DNA from: Vezdaea acicularis | Lineage: Eukaryota | DNA: 55,293 bases | Assembly (NCBI GenBank): GCA_026025075.1 | Contig: JAPEUI010000050.1 | Location: 62,001-117,293 of the forward strand | Reading direction: 5' to 3' | Shown: piece after piece, positions 1-12,361 of the stretch | Layout of the letters: every line of letters begins with the position of its first letter | Numbering within the stretch: the stretch's first letter is position 1 | Notes under the pieces: model-generated | Told to the model about the DNA's origin: nothing | Databases searched by the model: none | What the model saw: the letters and a program-made list of their open reading frames with translations, nothing else | Made by a program: the position numbers and the translations under genes

Positions 1-2205
1 AGCTCTTCATTCTCTGCGATGAGCCCAAGTGTCTCAAGCACCTTTACAGCGGAGAGCGAAGATGATGTAATGGAAGGCCTTCATCTTCCCGATGGGCCAC
101 TGAACTTCAAAGATATCCTAGCAAGACGTCAACGAAACGAAAGTCCCGACCCGGCCAATCATTCTGTCGAGCGGCAATCTACAAAGCAGGCAGGTGTGAA
201 GGAAGACTTTTTTTCTGGTATTGAGATTGGTGATGGGGACGTTTTTGATTCGGGGAAGTTGACATTAAATCGCAATATTAAGCACACAACTGGCCGGCCC
301 ATTAGCCCAGCAAGGAGGACCGCCGTTACGCTGACTTTCACCAACAAAAACTCGGCAACGGATACACGATTACCACGACCTCGGAGTGGAAATGATCGTA
401 CTCATGGCTCGAAGCTTGAATCAGTGTCTGAATCGAATGATCCAGTATCGAAAGTTCCCCGACCGCAATCGCGTGCTGCTCGAAACTCATGGGGTAGAAG
501 CGGTATTCCAGCTCCGTCTACCCCTTCGTCCCGGAATGCTGTTTCGACGACTCCCAACAGACAGAAAGCGATTGTTACTAGGCCTTCAATGAAAGCTTTA
601 CGAGGCGAGCCAACCACTACTAGCGCACAACTGCTCAAAGCAAAGAGATCACTACCGGCATTGCGTGGCACGGAGAAGTCCCCAGCGAAAACCTACACAT
701 CCTCCCAGCGGCCTCCTTCACGTGGAGACGGCCCTCTCAGAAATAATATATCTCAGCGGCCACCTTCGCGTGGGGATGGTGCTCACAGGAATATTGTGGT
801 CTCTCGTCCAAAGACACCAACAGATCGCCCCCGAGCGGAGTCAAGCCTAGCTAAGGAAAGGCGTCCTCCTGTACCCTTCCTTCCAGCTGGTATTGCTCAG
901 TCTCACCACATCACTACAAAGACCAGGAGTAACTTCCGCCGACATGACTCAGAATCGTCTGCCGCCAGCAATGAGCACCGTCCCATTTCCCGAACCGCAC
1001 TCTCTCGCACTGGTCTCCGCTCTCCTAGTCCCATGAAGCGTAGGGAAATGGCACCAGCAGCACTAGCAAGAGAAGCTGCATCAAAGCGTACGCTCACACG
1101 CCCTAATCGGACTCGGAACTTCGGCAATGGTACGGAGTTGGAGATCTTTGACGATCTTCCGACTTCCTTGAACGCAGAATCTAAATTTGTGAAGCAGCCT
1201 GTGGGTAGAGGACCACCAAAGGTGATGCGTAACAAGGCAACTTCCAACCAGCTTCACCCAGATCGCACCGTGACTCCAGCTCCAGCGCCGGCTACTACGC
1301 CTACCCCTATCTCTCCGTTGAAGACTGAATACACTCCACGTTTTGCTCGCGACACAAACGCCAGTCGTATTGCACGAGAGCAACGCACTGGAGCCGCAAC
1401 CCCGGCCTTAGCGTCTAGTATCACAAATTGGAAAACACAAAGCGGGGGCCGTCATGGTGCGGTCACCAGCCCCACTGCATCCAGAGGCAAACGTCGCCCC
1501 GAACCACGGCGCAAACCTCTCCTGATCAAGCCCCTAGGAAATACACACCAGAACGCAAAGACCGAAAAAGGTATGCATTACAATCCGGCGCTCTATCGCT
1601 GGGAAGGCAATGAAAACGCGCTTGCTCCCTTCGACGCTCCCATAAACAATGGTAACGGCCTCTCAAATTCGCCTATGCACGGACCGACTTCGACCACTAA
1701 GTCCGGAATGCAATCAGGCCCCCGCCAGATGCCTGGCCTCCTCCGCCATCTTGGGAACAACGCAATTGGTGGCGTTCAGCGTGAGGGTAATATGTTCTTC
1801 GACCCCACCCAGTTAAAGTGGTTGAAGCTCGCGCCGCATGAACGCCAGCAAAGCCGAGCATCGAATGTCTCTAATCCGCTCAGTCTGACCTCTGCGACTG
1901 ATGATGACAGCGACGATCCGTTTGCGGGCATGGACGATCTGGATGACGCGCCTAAGAGCAAGGGCAGTAGACCAGGGACGGCGGGGAGTGCAGAACCGAG
2001 TACTAAAAAAGAGGCATCGCATGATGACGATTGGTTGGTTGGTGAGGAGTTCGATGTTGGTCCGGAGTTCATCAGGCGACAGAGAGAGGAAGAAGAGCGA
2101 TGGAGACGGAAGACGGAGATGTGGATTACCGGTGGGGAACGAGAGCTCCACGAGGGCAGCAAGTGGGGTGGTATCCGTGGTTTAATCTCTGGCCGTCAAG
2201 GCTAG
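1..2205 (+). CDS. byr4: Byr4/Bfa1-like cytokinesis (SIN/MEN) regulator, 5'-truncated by the window edge
   Basis: Frame is open from base 1. Ser/Pro/Arg-rich protein with the FGNGTELEIFDDLP motif, two C-terminal Byr4-type repeats (GMHYNPALYRWEGNE; NMFFDPTQLKWLK) and a WLVGEEFDVGPEF tail. Confidence 0.8.
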   Translation, partial: SSSFSAMSPSVSSTFTAESEDDVMEGLHLPDGPLNFKDILARRQRNESPDPANHSVERQSTKQAGVKEDFFSGIEIGDGDVFDSGKLTLNRNIKHTTGRPISPARRTAVTLTFTNKNSATDTRLPRPRSGNDRTHGSKLESVSESNDPVSKVPRPQSRAARNSWGRSGIPAPSTPSSRNAVSTTPNRQKAIVTRPSMKALRGEPTTTSAQLLKAKRSLPALRGTEKSPAKTYTSSQRPPSRGDGPLRNNISQRPPSRGDGAHRNIVVSRPKTPTDRPRAESSLAKERRPPVPFLPAGIAQSHHITTKTRSNFRRHDSESSAASNEHRPISRTALSRTGLRSPSPMKRREMAPAALAREAASKRTLTRPNRTRNFGNGTELEIFDDLPTSLNAESKFVKQPVGRGPPKVMRNKATSNQLHPDRTVTPAPAPATTPTPISPLKTEYTPRFARDTNASRIAREQRTGAATPALASSITNWKTQSGGRHGAVTSPTASRGKRRPEPRRKPLLIKPLGNTHQNAKTEKGMHYNPALYRWEGNENALAPFDAPINNGNGLSNSPMHGPTSTTKSGMQSGPRQMPGLLRHLGNNAIGGVQREGNMFFDPTQLKWLKLAPHERQQSRASNVSNPLSLTSATDDDSDDPFAGMDDLDDAPKSKGSRPGTAGSAEPSTKKEASHDDDWLVGEEFDVGPEFIRRQREEEERWRRKTEMWITGGERELHEGSKWGGIRGLISGRQG

Positions 2206-2518
2206 CAATACATAGGTGCGAGGCACTAGCGACTTGAGAATCTGTCTCGGTGTGGGCAAAATTCAACCGACCATCTCTTGACATTGAAGCATGAGATTCA
2301 TAAGAGATTTGGATTGCGAGGTGGGTGAGCATCTCGTTCCTCCGAGCATTGCATACACATCTACCTACGCACAGCTGCCTGGTGGAGTGTGGGAGCTTTC
2401 TTTAATACGGCGTTGCATTTACGGGGGTTTTTACTATTTACAGGGGTCACTATTATGATGATGATGTGGAATGCGAAATGCAAGTAATAGACCTTATTTA
2501 ATACACTTGAATCCCGAT

Positions 2519-4895
2519 TCAACCATATGCTACTTGTGGATTTGGCTCTCCGGGCGCCATAAAGTTTGTTTCGGCGTTGCCGGCTTCTTTAGCCGCCGAA
2601 CAGCGGGCCATTGTCGGTGAACTAATCCCTTATTTAGCAACTCTTGGATCACAATGGGATCAGTGGCGAGACATACCTCCTTGAAATGACATCCGTAAAG
2701 AACCAATTTTCAATAACCTTCTCCAGCGGCTTTCCACTTATCTTACTTCCCTTATTTTGATCCAGGAGCTGCGTCTTGCTCAGGGCCGGCAAGCCAGCCG
2801 ACTCCACCAAGTCGTATCTCCTCAGCGTAGGAGAGATCTCCTCCATGCGGTCTCTCAGCGCCTCGACATGATCGTACGCCAAAGGCGCTCCCAGGTACTC
2901 GCTGGCAGCCCGTATAATCTTCCAGTCTTCTCTCGCAGCCCCTGGGAGTGAGGTCGCTGCTCTTGTCATCTGCACTCGACCTTCGGTATTGACGTACGTG
3001 GCGGCCTTCTCGGTGTACGCTGCAGCGGGAAGGACGACATCAGCGAGTGAGGCGCCGACGTCGCCATGGTGACCCTGATAGACAACAAATGCCCCCTTGG
3101 GGATGTCTTTTGCTGATATCTCGTCCGCACCAAGCAGCCAAATGAATTTCGGTGTCGCGTTTGCTACTTCTGTTGACGGGACGGTGAAGCCAACCTCATA
3201 CGCGCCGGTACGCGATGCGGCGCGTTGCAGAACGTTATACCCATTCCAGGCGTCCGATGCGAAGTTAGAAGCGTTTCTCTCAACGAAGCTAGCTACAATC
3301 TCGTAGATCGCTTTTGCATCGGGATGTTCTGTCACTCCGCTACCAACAATGATCATCGGTTTCTTGGCCTGCGTTAGCTTCTTACCGAAGGGACCAGATA
3401 GAGCTTTTTTGAGAGCGGACGCGTCGTTGCCGAGGTGTTCGTATTCGAAGGTGCTTTCGAAGTTTTCGCCAATAAGGCCGACTTCGAGGTCGGATCGTAG
3501 CCACTGCTTGCGTATCCGTGCATTGAGGCCCGCGGCTTCGTGACGGGGGTTTGTACCGACCAGGAGTATAGCGTCAGCTTCTTCGACGCCATATATTTTC
3601 GAGTTGAAGAGGTAGTTGTAGCGTACATCGACGCCGTGGGCGATGGGTTTGTCGCCGTTAGGCATGTCGAGGGCAAGATTGTCGGATCCGAGTTTGTTTG
3701 CAAGATCTTTCATGGCTACGAGAGACTCGACTTCGGTGAGCTGGCCGGCTATAGCTTTAAACTCATTGCCCTTGGGAGCAATCTTGTGGAAGGCATTTCC
3801 GATTGCGCTCAGGGCTTGCTCCCAGCTGGCAGGTGCAAATTGGTTGTCTTGTCGGATCAAAGGAGTCGACAGTCTTTGTAATCTGAGCCCATCACAAGCG
3901 AACCTCGTCTTGTCATTGATCCACTCCTCGTTGATATCGTCGTTCAGCCTTGGGAGAATCCTCATGACTTCGAGCCCTCTGGAATCTACTCTTATGTTTG
4001 ATCCTAGTCCGTCCAAAACGTCGATGGATTCGGAATGTCTCAGCTCCCAAGGCCTCGCTCGGAACGCATATGGTTTTGAAGTTAATGCACCGACTGGGCA
4101 GAGATCAATGACGTTCCCAGACATCTCCGTATCGAGGTTCTTTTCGAGATAGGTGCCGATTTGAAGGTCGTTACCTCGTCCAGTTGAGCCCAACTCTGGG
4201 GCGCCTGCAACATCATTTGCAAACCGAATACACCTCGTGCAGTGAATACAACGGTTCATAGAAGTCTTAATGAGCGGCCCTATGTTCTTGTCTTCAACTG
4301 CTCTTTTCCCACTCACTTCATGGAAACGTCCCCGATCTGCCCCATATCGCATTGATTGATCTTGTAAGTCGCATTCTCCACCTTGGTCACAAATTGGGCA
4401 ATCTAGAGGGTGATTCTAGGACAGTTAGTATCTGAGCCGGTGGGAATCGAGACTGGAAGTGCTTACGGCTAGCAAGAATTCCATGATTCCTTCTCGCGCT
4501 TTGTGCGCTAGTGGCGAATTTGTCTTGACCACCATCCCCGGCTGTACAGGCCATGCGCACGAAGCCACAGGCTTTGGGGCTCTCTCTACTTCGACCAAAC
4601 ACATCCGACAATTTCCTGCGATCATAAGTTTCCTAGCCCGTCGTTCAGTAATAGCTTATAATGAACCTGTTGGGAAGTCCTACTCATGATAACAAAAACG
4701 TGGGACCGTTGAGCCGGCCTTTTCGCAAGCTTGAATCAAAGCCGAACCAGCTTCTACAGATACCTTTTTCCCGTCGACCGTGAGCTCCACCTCCGCCGGC
4801 CTTGACGAGGTCGAGGTAAAGGTTCTTAAGGCATTGAAGCTCGTACGCCTTCTTGCTCGTAGAGCAGATCTTGCAAGCTGGTGCCGGATCATCAT
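2519..4895 (-). CDS. nuo78: NADH:ubiquinone oxidoreductase 75/78 kDa Fe-S subunit (NDUFS1/NuoG), multi-exon
   Basis: Mitochondrial presequence, then [54 protein letters not shown] and DLCPVGALT Fe-S motifs. GT-AG introns. Last exon reads [11 protein letters not shown]...VAYG*. Confidence 0.97.
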
Positions 4896-5382
4896 AGGAG
4901 GATCTCGTCGGCGTAAATGTGTTGATGGCAAAGGAGGAGCGGCGACTGCGACGATATTGACGTTGTAGATATGTTTCGCTAATGGACGGATCAGGATTAC
5001 GCGCTCAGTGATTGGCTGAAAGTACGAGTGGGACCGAATAGGCGAGGTTTTCACTCGCGAAATTTCCAGATCTTTTCCTTTCCTTTTCATACTCATTCGG
5101 GCACGACTTATTGTAGAAGGATGTGGAAGCTTTACGGCATATCCTACCATTTCTTTTCTCTGCTACGTGTCCCAAGATCACAATTTACAGGGCGCCGTAG
5201 TTGGGGCAAACGAGGGTAAATGCTCGATGAAATTCTGTCTCTTACCGACGGCCGCTACATTCCACCGTGCCCCATCATTCACATTAAGGTGCCATGGGAT
5301 TTCAAGAGGGCCAATTACTTTTCAAAGGCCTTTTTGCGTTACTATACAGCTATCTAAAACTCTCATTACTACATCGTCCGGC

Positions 5383-7431
5383 TTACGAGCTACACGAACA
5401 TTGCATTGCTCGACCTAATCTCGGGACATCACCACACCATCTCTCTTCTTCTTCAGCATTGCCCCCCCAGCTTTCTCGAAATGGATCTAAAGCCATTCTC
5501 ATGATTCTTGGCAGGATTTCCCTGTCATTTTCATGCTCGACTTTTTGAATTATTTCGTCCAGTATCCATCCTCTAGGAATGAACTGATGATGATAGCATT
5601 AGAAGACCACTGTACATATATCTTTGGCAGGATAATTGACGCTTACCTTTGGGTTGACTGCTTTCATTGCCGCTTCACGCTCATGATCGCCCTCCGTACC
5701 CCAGTCCTCTAGCAGACGGGTATACCATATTTCAAGCCAGTCTCCTATGCGATTTCGTGCTGATTCTTCAGTATTACCAATCCCAGTCACTCCTTCATGA
5801 TGGAATAACCGGCTTGCGGAGTTTGATCTTTTTTCTTCCGTGTCCATATCGGAAAGCTTCACGCTGCTTAGCTTTCGGAAAAAGTGGTTGAAGTCTAATT
5901 CCAGCGCTTCCATAGTATCTAGGAGCTCACTGAATAGGACCTCAAAATCTTGTTTCTTTTGCGATTTAAGACCTAAGCGACTCGTCATTAGACGCTTGTA
6001 TTCTCCCAAGAATACTGCTTGATATTCTTCTCCAGCTTTCTCAATTAGTGTCTCAGCCCGCTTAATGAGTACAGGCGCAAATTCTTCTTGGACGCCTTTG
6101 CTTTTGAATTCCTCTTCGTCACAATGTTCGCCTGCCCCAATGAGCTCTCCCAAACTTTCACCAAGCCTAACAAGATTCCACCAGATGACAGTCGGCTGAT
6201 TTCGATAGCTGTATCGAAGCATATGGTCATCATGATTGGGTGTGTAATTCGGATCAAAGTTATCAAGGAAAGCAAATGGGCCATAATCAATGCTTAGACC
6301 ATATACAGAAGTATTGTCGGTATTCAATACACCATTGGTAAAGGCATATGCCTGCCATGCGGCAACAGTCTTCGCATTTCGCCGTACTATATCTCGATAT
6401 AACCGTGCGAATCGATTCTCGACCTCTTCATTCTCGCCCTCTATTGTGCTTGCCGAAACCCCAGTTCCATTATGAGCTGGAGCTACGTCTCTCACATCTC
6501 CAGAGGGAAGCCTCGAAGGTAATGTTTCCCACCCTCCAAAGACTTCTTCTGCAATATATGTTGCTAGCTTTCGAGTTAATGTGCGCTCGCCGCGTGCGCG
6601 GAGGAGATCGAAGGTCCCTATTCGAAGCCATGATTGAGCGAAGCGGGCGACGATTGCTCCAGGCTCTGTTCGTTCACGACGAACCTTCTCCTTCGGCAAT
6701 AGTGTAAGAGCAAGCGCTCGCGTGGTAGGTATGTGAAGAGCGTTCAGGGCTGCCATGACTGCAATCAGTATACAGAATTTGAGCGGTTGTGTAAAGATTT
6801 TACCTTCTGATACAATGAATTCCCTTATACTACTCCTAAGCACCGCTTTACCATCTGCAAATCTGGAATATGGTGTTTTCCCCGCACCTTTTAACTGAAG
6901 CTCGTATCTCCTTTTGGTAGAAGGGTTCGTTGACTCAAATAGAGATATTGCCCTACCATCCCCAAGTTGACCGGCCCATGAACCGAATTGCCACCCGCCA
7001 TAACATTGCGCCCAGGGATACGCTCCATCCTTCTGCCCCTCCTCCCAGCCCAATATCTTGTTGCCAGACATCAGCTGTTGAAACTCCTCCGTCTTCTCCT
7101 CTCCTTCCCTTAACCCAATGTCCCTCATTGCTGCAGAACTCACGGCTAATAACTCTGGGCTCTCCGTAGCCTCTGGCCTGACATACGTGAACAGCGCGCC
7201 CTTTACTAATCGCGGGCCAAGGGTCTCTCGAGGTGCCTTGTGAGAATCTACAGGAGTAGGGAAGGCTGGATCTGGAGGTAGCTTCGAAGTGAAAACGCTC
7301 GTCTTCGGCAACTCTGCGAGCGATACACCTGCGAATGGGGCGCCATTGGCGCCGTTCGTGAGATGATTCGCCATCTGCGGAAGACGGCTGAGAAGCTTCG
7401 TGGCTCGACGCGGGATTCTGGCACCTCTCAT
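5383..7431 (-). CDS. FMP40: Protein adenylyltransferase SelO/Fmp40 (YdiU/UPF0061), Cys form, multi-exon
   Basis: Motifs YGGWQFGSWAGQLGDGRA, LKGAGKTPYSRFADGKAVLRSSIRE, NGVLNTDN and DYGPF. Spliced last exon ends ...MQCSCSS* (TAA 5383-5385). Confidence 0.95.
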
Positions 7432-8594
7432 ATGAAATGAAAGTGTAATTAGAATGATATCATAAGTGATTATTAGGTTGAGGAGAGAATTCTAACCAGT
7501 CAAGCTCTGCGGACGTCTGTTACTTTGACCTTGTGGTCGCTACTTTGGTATGCGCTTCGTCACGGTAGAAATATTTTAGTGCTGTTCGACGTCATCGCTT
7601 TCTTCACAAGCACTATTAGTTTGATCAGAAGGCCCATAGCATTTTTTGAAGATCCATGATTATCGGCTTTTAAGACTATCTACAGCTCTGATATTGTCTT
7701 CACCTATATGAGATGAGAGAACTCACCCTCAATGGGTATCTCTCGCCATATAAAATGATCCTTCGATGAACCTCTCGTTAGGTAGCTACCATGCTGCTGA
7801 TATGAACTTCGATCCGCTCGGTGGCCTTAGAAGTCTGGATTGAAAGATTAGAAGCCAATCGCCCAATCCTTTGGCCTTGATCAATCCGAGTCTGTATTAT
7901 TTGCCGTGTTACCTAGCCTATATAGATGGATCACTTTTCAGCCCAATGCTTCGATAGGCCACCCTTTATAGTCTCTAATGCATAATTGTTTTATGTTTTA
8001 CTTGATAATCTATCACTTGAAAGATTTATTCGTCCGGTCTCTCTAATGTGCTGGGTCTCCTATTCCTAGTCCTAACCCAACACCTCAATTGGTCAAAAGG
8101 ACTTGTAACAACAAGATGTATGCTCCATTTCACTTTAAGGATAGACTGAAAGAGCTATCTATACTAGTCGCTCTTGCGCACAACTTTTCGGATAGTGCCA
8201 CTAGAATAGGTATCGCCAGGGAGGCAGATTTGGTATCAAGACGTGCAGTGGTAAGTTCTACTGACCTCCTGTAAAATGCAGCTCAGAAGACGTTGGACTG
8301 ACGGAAGACTAAACAATGACATGGATCCTGAGGCACTGACTTGCGTGATACGGAAGGGTTGTGAACTTTCTATCTAGAAATAAGATAAAGAAAATGGCTT
8401 GAGCGCTATTGGACCAAAAGCGGCGGAGAATCTAGCGATGACTTATTAGTTACTCAAAATGGTATCAGCTGCTTCTGTCGATCATCCTGTCCTGTTCTAC
8501 GCGACCACGCTATCTCAAGCTCCAGCAGCATCGATAACAACCAAGCTGGATGGAAAGCCCATTATTCTGGCCATTCATTCTCGCTTGATTGCTA

Positions 8595-9074
8595 TTAAAC
8601 CGACGCCGTGGCGATAAAGGAGGCACTATATACACCATAAGCGTCCATAACGTAGGGCCCATTTTCTTCAGAGCCTTACGCTTGAATCACAGAGAGTATC
8701 ATGCCAGCGGTCCGAAGGCTGTCTGACGCCTTGGCTGTTACGGGCTTTGAGAGGTCACTGTGTGCGCCCTTAGACAAGATAATTATGTTGGCGATCCAGG
8801 CGCATGAGAGCATTGAGTTGACCACAACGCTTTTAGGCCCATGTGGATGGCGTTTTCCGGCTTGTGTTACCATGCTGAGTAGAGCTATAGGGATGGTACT
8901 AATGCAAATTACGTAGAAGGCGATCATAACACCTGGGGGGAGCTCCCAGCTGTTGGGATTGCTCATGGCAACTGTTATTAAAATGATTATGATGAACGCA
9001 TTGACTATTTGGATGGCATGGATTACTGCAATACGATTCTCGCAGATATTGGGGTAGGTGAAAGTTTTCGGCAT
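8595..9074 (-). CDS. Small multi-pass membrane protein (about 4 TM, MARVEL-like layout), uncharacterised
   Basis: ATG at 9074 and four hydrophobic segments. A GTAAGG donor after IQA and a TAG acceptor near 8626 give a short last exon AASFIATASV*. The branch site is weak. Confidence 0.5.
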
Positions 9075-10602
9075 GTTGGCTATTACTAAAGAGGGTTCTC
9101 GAGCTGAGGCTTGCATATATATATCTTCTTGGCTTGGTAAAACATAAAAGCTGTATGAGCGAAGGTAGAGTGAAAGCAACGAAAGCGAATGATGAAGACA
9201 TATGTTGAGAGAAACAGCGAGAGCTCAGCTTAAATACGAAATAAAACCCAAAGCAGGAACGAGGCCGTTCTTTCAGAAAGACATAATAGAGGGGGGCTCT
9301 ATCTGCATGCGTCACTCCGAAGGAACAAGAGAAGTTGTCTTAAGTATCTTCGGAACTTTGAGAAGGTGCTCATGGCCTGCTCAAATGTGCATAGCATTGT
9401 GATTTTGGAAATGCTGTTGGGTTTCGCTCCGAGTCGTCATCCTTTCCAGCAGTAGATATGAGCTCCTGCCTAAGTATTGAGTGATCGATGGAAAGGACCC
9501 CACATCGCATCTACCTTAATGGGCCACCACATATTCTAATCAACGCAGATGAGGCTACCCTCCATGAGCCTCAAAGGTAGGAGGACCTTGGGGGACTTTG
9601 AAATTGTGGAGAGCACTTGAGCGATTGGCTAGCGCAAGCTGAACAAGTCTCCAAGGAGGCAGCTGAGGGATTCGCGTAGTGTTAGAATAGATAAACAGAG
9701 CACTACTGTGGCCAAACAACGGATGTGGTGTCACCGTCCTAAGCCGTTTTTAAATCAAGGAAATGTCTTTGAGGTTTGGTATGAAGCAGGTTATGTAGTA
9801 TATTGCGGTACGTGTCACGCCTTGGTACGTAGCGGGACCTATCCATATGTGTAGATAGGGTGAGCCCAAATGCCGTCGCGCAACTATCTAGAGTTTTGTG
9901 TGGTGAAGGGTGGGGATCCGGGGGATTTGACCTTGCAGTGATTACGCTCCAAACTCGTCATTTAATGGTCGCGCCAATCTGAACTCCCGAGCGTAGATGG
10001 GATGAATTGATTGGTCCAAAGCCTAGTAGCAAAAAGCTAATCGCGCCGGCGGCCATCGATTGGAATATTCCGGTTACACTTGGCTCTCAGCCAAGGGACG
10101 GGCGTCCTTTGTCCAACCCATCGAACGCGTAAGGCCAGTGCTCAATTATTGATTTGGACCTTCATCCTCTTTAGGCTGGTGGTGGCGTGGCGCTGAGTTC
10201 TCAATGGTCTCAGCACTGTCTCCCGTGCATGAGACTTTCCTTGCTAATGAGGAGAAGGCGCGCCCGCTGGCTTGTGACATGCAAGGTGGACAACCCTTGA
10301 TTCAGCGCGGCTGACTTCGCGCCAAGCGTTACACTCAACTTCTTCAATGCAACTTTCTGCCCGCTGAGTTTTCACTTTATCTTTGCCCTCGTCCTCATTT
10401 GCCTCACTCGTTGCCCACGCAAGAACAACCTTCTCTAAAGTTGGTCTGATCAGTCGTTCTGTTTTCGCCTTGCCCGCCATCACTTCAATGAGCTTGCAGC
10501 TGGGGTAGCGAGTACCATCATCCCACTGAACATAATATTTCGGACGATCGCGGGCGATTGATCAACAATACGGTTCAGGCTTGACATTCGCTGCGCAACA
10601 AC

Positions 10603-11781
10603 ATGGTCGGAGGCCAGCCATATGTGCCGCACCGCAAGCCGGTGCCGACACCAGGAGCAGCTCCCATTTATCAGCATACAGAAATTGTCCCCGACCAGGA
10701 CACACAGAATCAAACGCAATCCGCTACGAACGCTGCCAATACCCATAGCAGGACACGGACTTCCTCCTCGTCCGTACTACCCTACATGCCTCAAAAGTCC
10801 ACAACATACTCTCCAATCCAACAGACAGCTTCCCCAACAACATACCAGACCACGATGAGCACCTACAACCCCACGCGGCGGACATTATCCAACGCGACGA
10901 CCTCAACCTCTACCACTGGAACTGGTGGGGGCTTAGTGCCCGTGAGGACAGGCTCGTCAGCATCCATTACCCTTCGAAGATCGGGATCCGCGAGGTCAGG
11001 AGGAAACCCTGGCGGCTATGTAGCCCTATTACGAAAGCAAAAGGCCACGGTGTGGTGTGATCGAGCGCAACCAGAAGACCCACGGCATGTTGCAGCTCGA
11101 AAAGCCGCAAAAGCGAAAGCTTTAAAAAACCTCACGGGCATAAGTGCTATCAGCGGTCATCCCTCAATGTCTGGATCGGGAAGCTTTCCGAACAGTAGCA
11201 CAATGTCTCGAGGTTTCATAAGACACTCTGGCAGGACAAACACTGCAGTAGGCTTAACACCTGCCGAACTTGTCAGAGGAGTCGGTGGTCAACCTTCTAG
11301 GCTAATCTCTAGCGAAATTGGAGACGAGGATAACGGCGATTATGACTACGGAGGATTCGCAGGTCATCAACGGAACGGCAGCGGAAGAAGCTCTATGGGA
11401 TCTGCCAAAAAGCAACCCGCCACGAATCTACGGCCTCTAAACTCTGGAAGTCATCGACTAAGCCACGGGAATAGTGCAGCGAGTGCCACTGGAAGTAGTC
11501 CAGATGATGGGGCGGACGAAACACCGATGCCAAATAGCAAACAAGGATACTTCAACGAGCCAACTCATACAGGTATATCGGCTGGGAGTGGCAGCTCAGG
11601 GGAACGAGAGAATAGCTTCGGGAAGATCGGGATTTTGTCTCAGAAACAAACCCCCAATGTTCTGCCTCGACAAAAGAGCGCTGGTGGAGTGGACGACCTT
11701 AAGCGGCGGGGCAGTGTTGACGATCGGACGATGACACTGGGAGGGGGGAGGCTCTTCATAGCTAATCCGGATGTTGATTGA
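10603..11781 (+). CDS. Ser/Thr/Gly-rich, likely disordered fungal hypothetical protein
   Basis: 392-aa intronless ORF with a YVALLRKQKATVWCDRAQ block and a C-terminal RRGSVDDRTMTL...LFIANPD. Confidence 0.85.
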   Translation: MVGGQPYVPHRKPVPTPGAAPIYQHTEIVPDQDTQNQTQSATNAANTHSRTRTSSSSVLPYMPQKSTTYSPIQQTASPTTYQTTMSTYNPTRRTLSNATTSTSTTGTGGGLVPVRTGSSASITLRRSGSARSGGNPGGYVALLRKQKATVWCDRAQPEDPRHVAARKAAKAKALKNLTGISAISGHPSMSGSGSFPNSSTMSRGFIRHSGRTNTAVGLTPAELVRGVGGQPSRLISSEIGDEDNGDYDYGGFAGHQRNGSGRSSMGSAKKQPATNLRPLNSGSHRLSHGNSAASATGSSPDDGADETPMPNSKQGYFNEPTHTGISAGSGSSGERENSFGKIGILSQKQTPNVLPRQKSAGGVDDLKRRGSVDDRTMTLGGGRLFIANPDVD

Positions 11782-12167
11782 TGATAGCAGGTTATGGGAT
11801 TTGCTTGGTACGGTGTATGGGTTCGGTCCTTGTTGCCATCGGTACTTTTGTCGCCTTGTAGCCGTCACAGTCATGGTCGTATGATTTCGCAAGCGTAATT
11901 CTGCATACTGGCACTCTGAATACTGGGCGGTTTGGCGTCACTCGGCATGTTGTCCATCTTCATTAGTGCATGGTCATGGGTTTCTCATATCGGACATTAG
12001 TAGGAGAAGCAAAAACAGATATCCTTGATGTGATTTTGTGTTGCCGGCCAATAACCACAGCGGTATACCAATGCATTATGATCTACCAGAGACGATAATA
12101 TTCAGACTCCTATCCTTTGCACTGTAGCCAAGCTGGAATGAATCTACAACTGGAGATGGTGGAGCGT

Positions 12168-12241
12168 TGACGTCACACGGCAAGAAATTACATCGCTGCT
12201 GGACCCTGGTTCCTGCTTAATATCGGCACAGGTCACACCAC
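12168..12241. promoter_or_regulatory. Candidate CRE (TGACGTCA, 12168-12175) and SRE-like (TCACACCAC, 12233-12241) sites upstream of ERG7
   Basis: Exact palindromic ATF/CREB motif and a TCACNCCAC match within about 200 bp of the ERG7 ATG. Both motifs are short and could occur by chance. Confidence 0.3.
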
Positions 12242-12361
12242 GCCGGCATTGATCGACCCGCATTCGCGACCCCTGCATGAACGGGGCGCGTTAACCGAAA
12301 GAGGCAATCTGATGTTGGAGTAGCATCTAACCCTTCCAGAGCAACGTCGTGGATCCTCAGC

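Noticed and set aside
5383..5410. Selenocysteine in SelO
   Set aside because: The C-terminus is CSCSS followed by TAA, with no in-frame TGA. This is the ordinary Cys form.
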